The notes: generated by a model from the letters alone, not told the origin. A stretch of 58,200 bases of DNA from Eubacteriales bacterium (GCA_045631845.1 JAZQVM010000067.1:1-58200), one strand, 5' to 3'. Numbered from the stretch's first letter, positions 16,641 to 27,211 are shown. Program-made: numbers and translations.

Positions 16641-19640
16641 TTACTCGGTACGAAGTGCCACAACAGGATCCTTGCGTGCCGCGCTACGAGAGGGAATGAT
16701 ACCCGAAAGCAGTGTCAGCCCCATACTGACCAAAATCAACAAAACGGCCACGGGTATGGGCAGAATGGCCCGCAGGTTGGGGATGCCGGTCAAGGCTTGA
16801 ATGATGGCGTTGATGGGTAGGCACAGCAGGTAGGTCAACCCTACACCGACCAGCCCCGAAGCGAAGCCGATAATGAGGGTCTCAGCGTTGAACATGCTCG
16901 ATACATTACGCTTGCTTGCGCCGATGGCACGTAGGATGCCGATCTCCTTGGTGCGCTCCTGCACCGAAATGAGGGTGATAACACCGATCATAATGGAGGA
17001 CACCACCAGCGAAATGGCCACAAAGGCAATGAGGATATAGGTGATGGCGTTAATGATGGTGGTAATAGAACTCATCATGATGCCCACATAGTCGGTATAG
17101 TGTACCTGCTGAAGCTCCTCGCGGCTCTCATTGTAGCGGGCAATGACATCTTCAATCACATCCTTGTTCTCAAAGGATGAAGCGTACAGATTCACGCTGG
17201 CAGGAGAGGACAGGTTAACATGTCCCAATTCGATCAAATTTTCCTCATACGAGGAATCGGAAAACTCCAAAATCTCATCATAGTAGAGGGCGCACTGTTC
17301 GGTGGTATAGTTGGGGAGTGCGGCATCCAGTTGTGCGGCCAGCATCGGCGCGGGAATGTTGGCCATCTGCGCCTGTACTTGTGCGGCCATCTGCATGCGC
17401 ACCTGCGCCTCAACCATTTCCCGCATCAGCTGTTCCAGGTCCTCGTCGGTCATATTTTCAATATACTCGGCAAGATCCTTCTCACTCATGCCCATCTGCT
17501 GGGTAAGCGCCTGTTTGAGTGCTTCCTCACGGGCGGCACGGTCCATGGTGGACAGGGCTTGGTCAACGGCTGCCTGCAATTGTTCGGGGGACGGCACACT
17601 CATAATGCCGATATAGGCCTTGGCCTTGCCGTCGGTATCCAGTCCTGCCAAATGCTCACGCAGGGCCGTTTCCTTGGTGGCATCGTCCAGTTTTCCGGTG
17701 TTCTCATTAAAGGGCAATCCGGTAAAAATATCGGTATGGCTGTCGGCCAACTGCGCCTGTACGGCCGGCGAGTCGGAGGAGTGATTGATGATATACTCAG
17801 TCAGTGCCTTGGTATAGCCAATTGAGCCGCCCAGCATGGCCGAAGTCGCATCTTCACTGGGACGAATGATGCCCGACACCTTGAGAGTGAGTGCATTATC
17901 ATAGAGATACCGCAGGCCGGCATCGGTCTGGCGCAGATCGGTGTATAGTCCGGTATTTTCATCCAATGTATAGCAATCGGAGTTGAGAATCACACGGAAA
18001 TCCATCTCATGGATCTGTTGATAAGACCATTTTTGTTGCTCAGCATTCAGTTCGCCTTTATTGAGTACCGCATCAAAGACGGCGTTGATCTCCTCCTCGG
18101 TCTTAAGACCGAGCGCATATAAGGTCAGGTCGTCCAGTTCGTTATTCTCGTCGAGCACCAGTACAATCTCGTTATAGGTGGTCGGCCAATTGCCGTAAAC
18201 CACCTCATACTGGTTTTCCAGCACGGGATTGATCAATCCTCCGTCCTTAGCCGAGAGCATCTCGGTCCAAAGAATGGTGGAACTCATGGCAGGGTTCATG
18301 GCCATCATGGATTGGCTCATCATACCCGAGTCCTCACCAAAACTCATCATATTGGTAATATCCATGCCGAAGTTCTCATACAGAGCATCGGAAAGGAGTT
18401 TTTGCGTGTCGGAATAGATGATTTTGCCGTCAATATTCTTGGTATACACCAAAAGCTTGGGATCGTAAGTATACTGCACGCCCGAAAGTGCGCCGCTCAA
18501 CTCGCCGTCTTCCCGTATAAGCTCCTCATCAATGAAGGCCTTAAACGATTCCAGATCGTTCTCGGTGGCTTCCACATTATTAAGAGCGTTAATCATTTCA
18601 AACAGTACCGCCTGCGAATAGATGGCGTCTTTGTCATGCTCCTGTGTAGAGGAGGCGGCGCCCATAAAGGTTTCCATGAGCGTGCTTAGATCAATGGTAG
18701 TTGCCTCAATTGTCAGCGGATAAGAAGACAGCGTATCCTCCTGCAGAACATTGATGTAGGTGGTCATGCCTTGCGACACGGCATAGATAAGGGCAATGCC
18801 GATAATGCCGATACTGCCGGCAAAAGAGGTGAGCACCGTGCGTCCCTTTTTGGTGAACAGGTTGGTCAGCGACAGCCCAAACGAGGTAAAGAAGGACATC
18901 GACGGCTTCTTTTTGCTCTTATTGCGACGCGGCTTAGGCGCGGTCGGCTGTTCCTCATCGGGAGAGAGGGGATGTGTATCGGCGGTGATTACGCCGTCAA
19001 GCATACGAATGATGCGTGTCGAATAGGTCTGTGCCAGCTCGGGGTTATGGGTAACCATGATCACCAGCTTTTCCTTAGCAACTTCTTTAAGCAGTTCCAT
19101 AACCTGTACGCTCGTTTCGGTGTCCAGAGCACCCGTCGGCTCATCGGCCAGTATAATATCAGGGTCATTAACCAGCGCACGGGCAATCGCCACACGCTGC
19201 ATCTGTCCGCCCGACATTTCACCCGGTTTCTTTTTAAGCTGATCGCCCAGCCCCACCGCAATCAAAGCCTTGGTGGCACGGGCGCGGCGTTCGCTCGTCT
19301 TAACCCCCGATAGCGTCAAGGCCAGTTCCACATTCTTGAGTACCGTCTGATGGGGGATGAGATTATAGGACTGAAAAACAAAACCAATGGAATGATTACG
19401 ATAGGCGTCCCAATCCCGATCCTTATAATCCTTGGTGGATGTGCCATTGATGATCAGATCGCCGTCGGTGTAGCCGTCCAGACCGCCGATAATGTTGAGC
19501 ATGGTCGTCTTGCCGCAACCCGACGGGCCGAGGATGGACACAAATTCATTCTTACGAAATGAGAGGGAAATGCCTTTAAGGGCATGAACCGAATTTTCTC
19601 CCGCCTCATAAGTCTTTTTAATGTTCTTTAACTGTAGCAT
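16641..19640 (-). CDS. MacB-like ABC transporter, fused ATPase and FtsX-type permease
   Basis: The N-terminus has Walker [10 protein letters not shown], the signature SGGQMQR and Walker B ILADEP. A large extracytoplasmic region follows, and the C-terminal TM bundle is FtsX-like. Confidence 0.85.
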   Translation of the reverse strand: MLQLKNIKKTYEAGENSVHALKGISLSFRKNEFVSILGPSGCGKTTMLNIIGGLDGYTDGDLIINGTSTKDYKDRDWDAYRNHSIGFVFQSYNLIPHQTVLKNVELALTLSGVKTSERRARATKALIAVGLGDQLKKKPGEMSGGQMQRVAIARALVNDPDIILADEPTGALDTETSVQVMELLKEVAKEKLVIMVTHNPELAQTYSTRIIRMLDGVITADTHPLSPDEEQPTAPKPRRNKSKKKPSMSFFTSFGLSLTNLFTKKGRTVLTSFAGSIGIIGIALIYAVSQGMTTYINVLQEDTLSSYPLTIEATTIDLSTLMETFMGAASSTQEHDKDAIYSQAVLFEMINALNNVEATENDLESFKAFIDEELIREDGELSGALSGVQYTYDPKLLVYTKNIDGKIIYSDTQKLLSDALYENFGMDITNMMSFGEDSGMMSQSMMAMNPAMSSTILWTEMLSAKDGGLINPVLENQYEVVYGNWPTTYNEIVLVLDENNELDDLTLYALGLKTEEEINAVFDAVLNKGELNAEQQKWSYQQIHEMDFRVILNSDCYTLDENTGLYTDLRQTDAGLRYLYDNALTLKVSGIIRPSEDATSAMLGGSIGYTKALTEYIINHSSDSPAVQAQLADSHTDIFTGLPFNENTGKLDDATKETALREHLAGLDTDGKAKAYIGIMSVPSPEQLQAAVDQALSTMDRAAREEALKQALTQQMGMSEKDLAEYIENMTDEDLEQLMREMVEAQVRMQMAAQVQAQMANIPAPMLAAQLDAALPNYTTEQCALYYDEILEFSDSSYEENLIELGHVNLSSPASVNLYASSFENKDVIEDVIARYNESREELQQVHYTDYVGIMMSSITTIINAITYILIAFVAISLVVSSIMIGVITLISVQERTKEIGILRAIGASKRNVSSMFNAETLIIGFASGLVGVGLTYLLCLPINAIIQALTGIPNLRAILPIPVAVLLILVSMGLTLLSGIIPSRSAARKDPVVALRTE

Positions 19641-19691
19641 ACCATCAATCCTTTCTGCTACTATTATAATATAAGAAAAAGAGGGAAGAAA

Positions 19692-20090
19692 TCAACAGTT
19701 TATGAACGAAAGATGAGAAATAGGTGAAAAAAGGACAGCCACGGGTAAGGTGGCTGTCGAAATCTCATTTATTTTGTCAAAGGTATAAAAGTAAGACATA
19801 TCATTATCGGGATAAACAAACCGTTCCATCCCTTTCCCATCGGCATCCTTGCGCCAGTAAATAATTTGATCCGACTGTGTATGGAGCCAAATCGTTTCCA
19901 CGCAATCCTCATCTACGTAATATTGAATACGGGAGAAGGAAAAGGGAAACAATTTGGATTCGGCTTGCACAACGTTTCCCGATTCTGCCGTAAACGAGCA
20001 CACCGTCGGACGGGAGAAAAGAGGACCGGTAATAGGCGGAAGTAATATACAAAAGGCAAAGAGAAACAGTCTCTTTAGTTTAAATTTCAT
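19692..20090 (-). CDS. Hypothetical secreted/membrane-anchored protein (132 aa)
   Basis: N-terminal hydrophobic signal or anchor. AT-rich codon composition, unlike the neighbouring genes. Confidence 0.5.
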   Translation of the reverse strand: MKFKLKRLFLFAFCILLPPITGPLFSRPTVCSFTAESGNVVQAESKLFPFSFSRIQYYVDEDCVETIWLHTQSDQIIYWRKDADGKGMERFVYPDNDMSYFYTFDKINEISTATLPVAVLFSPISHLSFINC

Positions 20091-20107
20091 AGGTATCTCC
20101 TTGCGGT

Positions 20108-20401
20108 TTATGAATAGGAAAAATAATCCACAAACTGATTGTCCTTATCGTAAAGCCAAACGAAATCTCTGGGGCCAAGCGTGAATGTTACCTGCTTTTG
20201 CTCATACTCTCCGTCGGTAAAACGTCGGGTTTCATAAATGGAGAATAAAAAATGCTTGGTGTGGGTTTCTACCGTTTTCCCGTCAATGGAATACGAATGG
20301 ATTTGCGGGGCGAATAAGAACAAAACACAGAGGTTGTATGTTGTAATTATGGTCAAAACAACACCAACAATAACAAGTGTTTTCTTCCAGCCGTTTTTCA
20401 T
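20108..20401 (-). CDS. Hypothetical membrane-anchored protein (97 aa)
   Basis: N-terminal TM segment (TLVIVGVVLTIITTYNLCVLFLF). AT-rich. Confidence 0.5.
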   Translation of the reverse strand: MKNGWKKTLVIVGVVLTIITTYNLCVLFLFAPQIHSYSIDGKTVETHTKHFLFSIYETRRFTDGEYEQKQVTFTLGPRDFVWLYDKDNQFVDYFSYS

Positions 20402-20427
20402 AAATATTTCTCCTGCGAAAAAAATGG

Positions 20428-21297
20428 TTAGGCAAATCGATTTACACCGGGATAGCTAAATGGCCAAAAACTTGTAAAAAGCCAGTAAGCAACATTTGTA
20501 TTGTTCCACGGCATGAATTCCTCATACTGATAGTCGGTAACCGGAGCGTTGTCAACTAATGGTCTATAGCGGACACCGTCAAAGTGTTGCTCACGAGAAG
20601 TGTCAGGATCAATTACAGAAATATCAAAATATTCCATACGAACTAGATATTGCTCGTTAATTGGTTCTTGAATTACACTTTCTACAACAGCAATTCCTGC
20701 TTTTTGCACAAGATAGTGCACCAAGGCATAGGAAACATTGAATTTAATTGCACAAAAGGCAGCAAGAGCAACTGCTATTAATTCTACCAAATAGGAATAG
20801 GATTTTCCTGCTTGTGAGTTTAGGACCCTAACAACGTCCTGAGTGGATATTTTTTGCTGATAATAGCCTAACTGTAATGTATATGGTATTCCATCTGCAT
20901 AGAGAGTATTATAATGAATTTGTCCCATAAAGTATTTTGGCGCTCTAACCGCAGTAGGTGTTTCTTTATGTGTTGATGTGTTGATGAGAGCATTAGAAAG
21001 TGGGACGATGTCGGTAGAGGTGACATTATTTTCTACATCTGTGGTTGTTATGTGTGCATTATTGTCTTGCATGGTAGATGAAGTAATAAGACAAAGTTTT
21101 CCATCATAATACTCTTTGGAGTATTCAGAACCATCGGGACGTCTAATGCGATCAATTCGAGTTACGACCCCTTCGCTATCAATAAAGGATCCGGAAAAAA
21201 TCACATTCTCTGTAAAAGTAACATCAGCAGCATAGGATATAGGTGATAGAGTTAAAAAAAGAGATAAACATAGGATAATACATATAAATTTTTTCAT
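20428..21297 (-). CDS. Hypothetical secreted protein (289 aa)
   Basis: Signal peptide MKKFICIILCLSLFLTLSPISYA, an internal hydrophobic segment, and an AAGAAAGGAA RBS. Confidence 0.6.
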   Translation of the reverse strand: MKKFICIILCLSLFLTLSPISYAADVTFTENVIFSGSFIDSEGVVTRIDRIRRPDGSEYSKEYYDGKLCLITSSTMQDNNAHITTTDVENNVTSTDIVPLSNALINTSTHKETPTAVRAPKYFMGQIHYNTLYADGIPYTLQLGYYQQKISTQDVVRVLNSQAGKSYSYLVELIAVALAAFCAIKFNVSYALVHYLVQKAGIAVVESVIQEPINEQYLVRMEYFDISVIDPDTSREQHFDGVRYRPLVDNAPVTDYQYEEFMPWNNTNVAYWLFTSFWPFSYPGVNRFA

Positions 21298-21333
21298 AAT
21301 ACAGTTCCTTTCTTAAAATTAAGCTTGTGGTGT

Positions 21334-21373
21334 AAAATAAAAACGCATGAGTTGTACGATCAAACTCATGCGC
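21334..21373 (-). terminator. Intrinsic terminator inside the 5' leader of the secreted-protein operon
   Basis: On the minus strand, GCGCATGAGTT-tgatcgtac-AACTCATGCG is followed by TTTTTATTTT. It lies about 40 nt upstream of ATG 21297. Confidence 0.6.
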
Positions 21374-21464
21374 GAAGAAAGGAAATTTTCAATCGTTGCC
21401 TCCAATCGGGCAAGGCGGAGAATGAAAGGAGCGCACGAGAAAAAGTGCAATAAATGAATTTCAT
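21366..21464 (-). CDS. Candidate 32-aa leader peptide (MKFIYCTFSRALLSFSALPDWRQRLKISFLRA)
   Basis: AAGGAGGG RBS 6 nt upstream of the ATG. The TGA stop lies inside the 5' arm of the downstream terminator hairpin. This ORF is too short for the supplied ORF track. Confidence 0.4.
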   Translation of the reverse strand: MKFIYCTFSRALLSFSALPDWRQRLKISFLRA

Positions 21465-21501
21465 TACAAGCCCTCCTTACCTGTTGGTATTTTCTGTCAT
21501 T

Positions 21502-21530
21502 ACTATAGCATAGGTTTTTAGTTTTGTAAA
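21502..21530 (-). promoter_or_regulatory. Promoter for the leader and secreted-protein operon
   Basis: Minus strand: TTTACA, 17-nt spacer ending in TGc, TATAGT. Confidence 0.55.
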
Positions 21531-21579
21531 TACCAAAAAAGCAAAATAATAAAAATTTTTATTCTAATGCAAGAAAAGG

Positions 21580-21608
21580 TTGCAACAGGAAAGACTATGA
21601 TGTATAAT
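21580..21608 (+). promoter_or_regulatory. Promoter for the CofE-like gene
   Basis: TTGCAA, 17-nt spacer, TATAAT. Confidence 0.6.
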
Positions 21609-21657
21609 AAAGTGTTCTTAGATAACACATATTTTCTAAAGAAATCGAGGGATCTGT

Positions 21658-22857
21658 ATGGAAGAAAAAATGAGAAGAGTAGGCACCGTGTCCCGAGGCA
21701 TCCGCTGCCCGATCATCCGTGAGGGTGACGATCTGGCCGCAATCGTAGCCGATAGCGTATTGGCCGCCGCCGAAAGCGAAGGCTTTGCTATGCGTGACCG
21801 TGATGTTATCTCCATTACCGAATCCATCGTCGCCCGTGCGCAGGGCAATTATGCCGGCGTGGACGATATTGCCGCCGATGTGAAAGCCAAACTGGGCGGA
21901 GGCACCGTTGGCGTGTTGTTCCCCATTTTGTCCCGTAACCGTTTTGCCATCTGTCTGCGCGGTATTGCTAAGGGTGCATCCAAGATCGTGTTGCAGCTGA
22001 GCTACCCGTCCGATGAGGTGGGCAATTCGCTGGCCACCTATGATCTGATCGATGCCGCCGGTATCAACCCCTATTCCGATGTCCTGTCGCTGGAGCGTTA
22101 CCGCGAGGTCTTCGGCGTGCAGAAGTTGGAGTTTACCGGCGTGGATTATGTCGAGTATTACGGCAACCTGATTGAGGAAATGGGCGCCGAGGTGGAGATC
22201 ATCTTTGCCAACCAGCCCAAAGCCATTCTGGATTATACCGATACCGTACTTACCTGCGATATCCACACCCGTGCCCGCACCAAGCGTCTGCTCAAAGCGG
22301 CAGGAGCTAAGGTGGTCTATGGTCTGGACGAAATTCTCAATGCTCCCGTCAACGGCTCGGGTTGCAATGAGAAATACGGTCTGCTCGGCTCGAATAAATC
22401 TACCGAAGATAAAGTAAAACTCTTCCCCCGTGAGTGTCAGGGGCTGGTGTTGGATATTCAGAAAAAGATATTTGATGCCACCGGCAAACACGTCGAGGTC
22501 ATGGTGTATGGCGACGGTGCCTTCAAAGACCCGCAGGGTAAAATTTGGGAGTTGGCCGATCCGGTCGTTTCCCCCGCCTTTACCGATGGTTTGATCGGTA
22601 CCCCCAATGAGTTGAAACTGAAATATTTGGCCGATAACGATTTCAAGGATCTGTCGGGCGAAGAACTCAAAAAGGCCATCTCCGAGTCTATCAGGGCTAA
22701 GGACGGCAACCTCAAAGGCAACATGGCGGCGCAGGGTACCACCCCCCGTCAGTTGACCGATCTGATCGGCTCACTGTGCGACCTCACCAGCGGTTCGGGC
22801 GATAAGGGTACTCCCGTTGTCCTCGTACAAGGCTATTTCGATAACTATACCAACTAA
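21658..22857 (+). CDS. F420-0:gamma-glutamyl ligase (CofE)-like domain protein
   Basis: The N-terminal pattern GIR.PIIREGDDLA..I......GF...DRDVISITESIVARAQG resembles the CofE/F420-ligase fold family. This is recollection only. Confidence 0.45.
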   Translation: MEEKMRRVGTVSRGIRCPIIREGDDLAAIVADSVLAAAESEGFAMRDRDVISITESIVARAQGNYAGVDDIAADVKAKLGGGTVGVLFPILSRNRFAICLRGIAKGASKIVLQLSYPSDEVGNSLATYDLIDAAGINPYSDVLSLERYREVFGVQKLEFTGVDYVEYYGNLIEEMGAEVEIIFANQPKAILDYTDTVLTCDIHTRARTKRLLKAAGAKVVYGLDEILNAPVNGSGCNEKYGLLGSNKSTEDKVKLFPRECQGLVLDIQKKIFDATGKHVEVMVYGDGAFKDPQGKIWELADPVVSPAFTDGLIGTPNELKLKYLADNDFKDLSGEELKKAISESIRAKDGNLKGNMAAQGTTPRQLTDLIGSLCDLTSGSGDKGTPVVLVQGYFDNYTN

Positions 22858-22865
22858 ACCCCACC

Positions 22866-22898
22866 AAATCCCCGAAAGTTAGGCTTTTGGGGATTTTT
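22866..22898 (+). terminator. Intrinsic terminator
   Basis: AAATCCCCGAAAG-ttagg-CTTTTGGGGATTT hairpin with a T-run. Confidence 0.65.
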
Positions 22899-22926
22899 GA
22901 TAATAATTACTGGTTTTGGAGTTATT

Positions 22927-24099
22927 ATGAATCAAGAGTTGTTTTCCTATATTAAGGCTTGTCCCACCGCCTATCATGCAGTAGCCTTTGCCCGTAAAGC
23001 CTTGCTTGCGGCAGGATTTATCCAATTGCACGAGGCGGATGCATGGAATATGGAACAGGGCGGACGGTATTTTGTCATTCGTGGCGGCTCGGCGCTGATT
23101 GCCTTTGTGGCAGGGGGCGACGGGTATCGCATTACCGCATCGCACGGGGACAGTCCGGCCTTGGCCGTCAAATGGCATAAAGAGCAGTTAGCCGTTGAAG
23201 TATACGGCGGAATGATTATGAGCAGTTGGATGGATCGCCCTCTGTCCTGCGCCGGTCGGGTTACCGTGCGCACCGAGCAGGGATTGGAAACTCGTTTGGT
23301 TGACCTGCAGGAGCCGGTGGCTGTCATCCCTCATGTGGCCATTCATTTGGATCGAGGGGTTAACGAAGGGGAAAAGATCAACCCGTCTGTCGATCTGCAA
23401 CCGTTAGGCGCTTCGCTTGCCGAGCAGATTGAGGGGGATGTAATCGATGCCGATCTGATTTTGTATAATCCGCAGGACGGACAGGTAATCGGAGATATGA
23501 TCACAGCGCCGAGATTGGACGACCTGCAGTGCGCCTTTGCCGCCCTTACCGCCTTTTTGGCCGAGCCTCATGCGGGCAACGTCTATGCCCTGTTTGATAA
23601 CGAAGAGGTAGGAAGCATGACTCGGCAGGGTGCCGCTTCCGACTTTTTGGCCTGCGTCCTGGAGCGTTTGGGCGATCGCCCACGCAAATTGGCCAAGAGT
23701 TTTCTGGTCAGTTGCGATAATGCCCATGCCGCTCACCCCAACCATAAGGAAAAGGCGGATGATGGCCGCCATGTTACCTTAAATGGCGGCGTGGTCATTA
23801 AACATAACGCCAATCGCAAGTACACCACCGAAGGAGTCACCTCGGCCGTCTTCGAGGAGATTTGCAACAAAGCGGGCGTGCCCGTTCAGCATTATTATAA
23901 CCGTCCCGATCAGGCGGGCGGCTCTACCTTAGGTGCCATTTTGTCCAATCAGGTGTCGGTGCCGATGGTGGACATTGGTTGTCCCCAGTTGGCCATGCAT
24001 TCTTGCTTGGAAACTTCGGGAGCGCAGGCCACCAAGCAGATGGTGCAGGCGCTGACGGCATTTTATCGTGACAAGGAGAATAACTATGCTGGTATTTGA
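22927..24099 (+). CDS. M18-family aminopeptidase
   Basis: Has the N-terminal F..YI...PTAYHAV motif and His/Asp/Glu metal-ligand blocks (DNEEVGS, AHAAHPNH). The start at 22927 lies downstream of the terminator. Confidence 0.8.
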   Translation: MNQELFSYIKACPTAYHAVAFARKALLAAGFIQLHEADAWNMEQGGRYFVIRGGSALIAFVAGGDGYRITASHGDSPALAVKWHKEQLAVEVYGGMIMSSWMDRPLSCAGRVTVRTEQGLETRLVDLQEPVAVIPHVAIHLDRGVNEGEKINPSVDLQPLGASLAEQIEGDVIDADLILYNPQDGQVIGDMITAPRLDDLQCAFAALTAFLAEPHAGNVYALFDNEEVGSMTRQGAASDFLACVLERLGDRPRKLAKSFLVSCDNAHAAHPNHKEKADDGRHVTLNGGVVIKHNANRKYTTEGVTSAVFEEICNKAGVPVQHYYNRPDQAGGSTLGAILSNQVSVPMVDIGCPQLAMHSCLETSGAQATKQMVQALTAFYRDKENNYAGI

Positions 24100-25108
24100 A
24101 AACGATTATTCGGAAGGTTGCCATCCCCGCATCTTGGAGCGGCTGGTGCATACCAATTTCGATAAGCAGGTCGGCTATGGGTTTGACGACTACTGCGCCT
24201 CAGCCAAGAAAAAAATTGCCGCCGCCTGCCAAAAAGATGTGGATGTGTGGTTCCTGTCGGGCGGCACCCAAACCAATCGCATTGTCATATCGAACATGAT
24301 CGATTCATACCAATCGGTGGTAGCGGCCGACACCGGACATATCAATGTCCACGAAGCGGCGGCTATTGAAAGTGCCGGACGCAAGGTGCAGTTGTTGCCC
24401 CATGTGGACGGAAAACTGCCGGCCGAAAGCCTGAAACGGATGTTGGTGGACTTTTATGCCGACGATCATCACGACCATTGCCCCTTCCCCGGCATGGTAT
24501 ACATATCCCATCCCACCGAGTACGGCACCCTCTATTCCAAAGCGGAGCTGACGGCGCTGGCCAACGTCTGTCGGGAGTATGCCCTGCCCCTGTATATGGA
24601 CGGCGCGCGACTGGGCTATGCGCTTTCTTGCCCCGATTCTGACCTGACTCTGCCCGAGATTGCCGAACTTTGTGACGTGTTTTATATCGGTGGCACCAAG
24701 GTGGGCGCCCTGTGTGGCGAAGCGTTGGTCTTTACCAAAAATAATACTCCTTCTCACTTTCTGGCGAGAGTCAAGCAACAAGGCGGATTATTGGCCAAGG
24801 GTCGGTTGCTGGGTATCCAGTTTGATACGCTGTTCACCGACGGACTGTATGAGAAGTTGGGGGCGCATGCGATTACCATGGCGGCCAAATTACGGGGCAT
24901 TTTTGAGCAAAAAGGGTACGATTTTCATCTGAATTCGCCCACAAATCAGCTGTTTGTGGTGCTGAAAAATGAAAAAATGGAGCAATTACGCCCCTTTGTA
25001 CGCTTTAGTTTTTGGGAAAAGAAAGGGGAAACCCATTCGGTGGTGCGCTTTGCCACCAGCTGGGCTACCCAGGAAACAGACATCGATCAATTAGAGAAAT
25101 TATTATAA
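24086..25108 (+). CDS. Threonine aldolase / beta-eliminating lyase family PLP enzyme
   Basis: Contains FENDYSEGCHPRIL..., FLSGGTQTN and GGTKVGA (PLP-Lys region). AAGGAGAA RBS. Confidence 0.7.
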   Translation: MLVFENDYSEGCHPRILERLVHTNFDKQVGYGFDDYCASAKKKIAAACQKDVDVWFLSGGTQTNRIVISNMIDSYQSVVAADTGHINVHEAAAIESAGRKVQLLPHVDGKLPAESLKRMLVDFYADDHHDHCPFPGMVYISHPTEYGTLYSKAELTALANVCREYALPLYMDGARLGYALSCPDSDLTLPEIAELCDVFYIGGTKVGALCGEALVFTKNNTPSHFLARVKQQGGLLAKGRLLGIQFDTLFTDGLYEKLGAHAITMAAKLRGIFEQKGYDFHLNSPTNQLFVVLKNEKMEQLRPFVRFSFWEKKGETHSVVRFATSWATQETDIDQLEKLL

Positions 25109-25123
25109 AAGGAGAATAGGATC

Positions 25124-25924
25124 ATGGGATTTTTAAGCGGAAAGACGGTTATCATCACCGGCGGCGGCCGTGCCGTATTGGCCAACGGTAAAGCCGGTAG
25201 TATTGGATACGGTATTGCAACGGCCTATGCCAAAGAGGGCGCAAACATTGTGATTACCGGCCGTAATGTAAAGAAATTAGAGGAAGCCAAGGAAGAGCTG
25301 GAGCGTCTGTACGAGGTGAAGGTATTGCCGGTGCAAGCCGATATCTCGGCCGGGGCCGACAATGCGGCCATTGCCGCCGATGTTGTGGCCAAAACGGTAG
25401 AAGCCTTTGGCGGCGTGGATGTGTTGATCAACAATGCCCAGGCGTCGGCTTCCGGTGTGACCATTGCCGATCATACGGTAGAGCAGTTCGATCTGGCCAT
25501 CTATTCGGGACTGTATGCCACATTCCATTATATGCAGGCCTGCTATCCTTACCTCAAGGAGAGCAAGGGCACGGTTATCAACTTTGCGTCGGGCGCCGGC
25601 TTGTTCGGCAACTATGGCCAATGTTCTTATGCCGCCGCCAAGGAGGGCATCCGCGGCATGACCCGTGTGGCCGCTTCCGAGTGGAGTAAGGACGGCATCA
25701 ATGTCAATGTCATTTGCCCGCTGGCATGGACGGCACAGTTGGAAAACTTCAAAAATGCCTATCCCGATGCCTTTGATAAGAATGTGCACACCCCGCCGAT
25801 GGGCTACTTCGGCGACCCCGAAACCGATATCGGCCGTGCTTGTGTCAGCCTGGCTCATCCCGATTTCAAATATATGACCGGTGAAACCCTGACATTCGAA
25901 GGCGGACTGGGCTTGCGTCCGTAA
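25124..25924 (+). CDS. SDR-family oxidoreductase
   Basis: ITGGGR...GSIGYGIA Rossmann motif, NNAQ, and the YAAAK catalytic Y-x3-K. Confidence 0.85.
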   Translation: MGFLSGKTVIITGGGRAVLANGKAGSIGYGIATAYAKEGANIVITGRNVKKLEEAKEELERLYEVKVLPVQADISAGADNAAIAADVVAKTVEAFGGVDVLINNAQASASGVTIADHTVEQFDLAIYSGLYATFHYMQACYPYLKESKGTVINFASGAGLFGNYGQCSYAAAKEGIRGMTRVAASEWSKDGINVNVICPLAWTAQLENFKNAYPDAFDKNVHTPPMGYFGDPETDIGRACVSLAHPDFKYMTGETLTFEGGLGLRP

Positions 25925-25945
25925 TTTTATCAATAAGAGGATAGC

Positions 25946-27211
25946 ATGGAATTTTGCGTATTAACAAAAGAAGAATATCGCGCCTTTTTTAATGAGCATC
26001 CGCAGGCATCCTTTATGCAGTCGGTGGAACTGTCGGAGTTAAAAGAGGAATATGGCAGCAAGCCGCACTTTGTCGGGGTTAAGCAGGACGGCAAAACCGT
26101 GGCTGCCTCGCTGGTGTTGGAAGACCGAGCGGTGCTCGGACAAAAGGAGTTCTATGCGCCCAGAGGCTTGCTGGTGGACTACCACGATCGGGAACTTCTT
26201 GGCTTCTTTGTTAAGGAGTTACGCTCCTATATTCACAAACAGGGCGGTTTTATGCTGACTATTGATCCGAATGTCCTCTATCGGGTGCGCACGCCCGAAG
26301 GGGAAATCATCCCCGAAAACGGAGCGGATGATGAGTCGGTTCACAATCTGTTGGACTTAGGCTTCCGCCATTTTGGATTTAATATTTATCTGGATGCCCG
26401 TCAGGTGCGCTGGTGCTGCCATCTGCCGCTGGATGAGGATTATGAAACCAAAAAGGCCAAATTCTCCAAACAGACCCGCAAAAATATCAACTCCTGCATC
26501 AAAAAAGGTTTGATGGTGCGTGAGGGAACGATCGAGGATCTGGATGTTATGGCCGAGATCTTTGAAACAACGGCCAAAAGGCGAGATTTTTTCAGCCGCT
26601 CATTGGACTATTATCAGAAGATGTATCGGCACATGAAGGATCTGATGACCATCTATATCGCCTATTTGGATCCGGAAGTCTACTATGAGCATACCGCTCA
26701 ACTTCTCAAATCGGCAACTGTCGATATGACAACGGCCGAGGAAAGAATAGCTCGTCAGGTGACGGGGGAAAAGTCGGTTCGTGCGCTGGCGTTGGCTCGG
26801 GAGCAGGTGGAAAAATACACAAAGGAACTGGCCAAGGCCGAGCAATTCAGAAAGGATTATCCGCAAGGCAAGGCGATCGGCTGTTTATTGTCTTTGCGTA
26901 GCGGCAATGAGTACCTGACCTTGACCAGCGGGGTGTTGATGGAGTATCGGCAGTTTACCCCCAAGTATCTGATGTATGAGCATCACATTAAGGAAGCCTA
27001 TAAAGAGGGCTTTTCATATTGTAATTTCTACGGCATTGCGGGTGATTTCAATCCCGACAATGAGTATTACGGAATCTACGAGTTTAAGAAGGGCTTTCGC
27101 GCCAATGTTACCGAGTATATCGGTCAGTTCGAATTGCCGACCGGCGGATTTTACCATGTCTACCGGTTTGTAAAAAAGGTCAAGGGGTTATTGCATCATG
27201 GGACTCATTGA
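25946..27211 (+). CDS. FemAB-family peptidoglycan aminoacyltransferase (paralogue 1)
   Basis: At 421 aa it has typical FemX/MurM length and blocks (FMQS.E, YAPRG, a coiled-coil insert, FYGI.G...YGIYEFKKGF). Confidence 0.85.
   Translation: MEFCVLTKEEYRAFFNEHPQASFMQSVELSELKEEYGSKPHFVGVKQDGKTVAASLVLEDRAVLGQKEFYAPRGLLVDYHDRELLGFFVKELRSYIHKQGGFMLTIDPNVLYRVRTPEGEIIPENGADDESVHNLLDLGFRHFGFNIYLDARQVRWCCHLPLDEDYETKKAKFSKQTRKNINSCIKKGLMVREGTIEDLDVMAEIFETTAKRRDFFSRSLDYYQKMYRHMKDLMTIYIAYLDPEVYYEHTAQLLKSATVDMTTAEERIARQVTGEKSVRALALAREQVEKYTKELAKAEQFRKDYPQGKAIGCLLSLRSGNEYLTLTSGVLMEYRQFTPKYLMYEHHIKEAYKEGFSYCNFYGIAGDFNPDNEYYGIYEFKKGFRANVTEYIGQFELPTGGFYHVYRFVKKVKGLLHHGTH

Noticed and set aside
21595-22491. 298-aa minus-strand ORF antisense to the CofE-like gene.
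   Set aside because: It is a typical GC-rich shadow ORF with a low-complexity G/A/I-rich translation and no RBS, and the sense strand has family motifs.
25277-25933. 218-aa ORF antisense to the SDR gene.
   Set aside because: Shadow ORF. The sense strand carries the Rossmann and Y-x3-K motifs.
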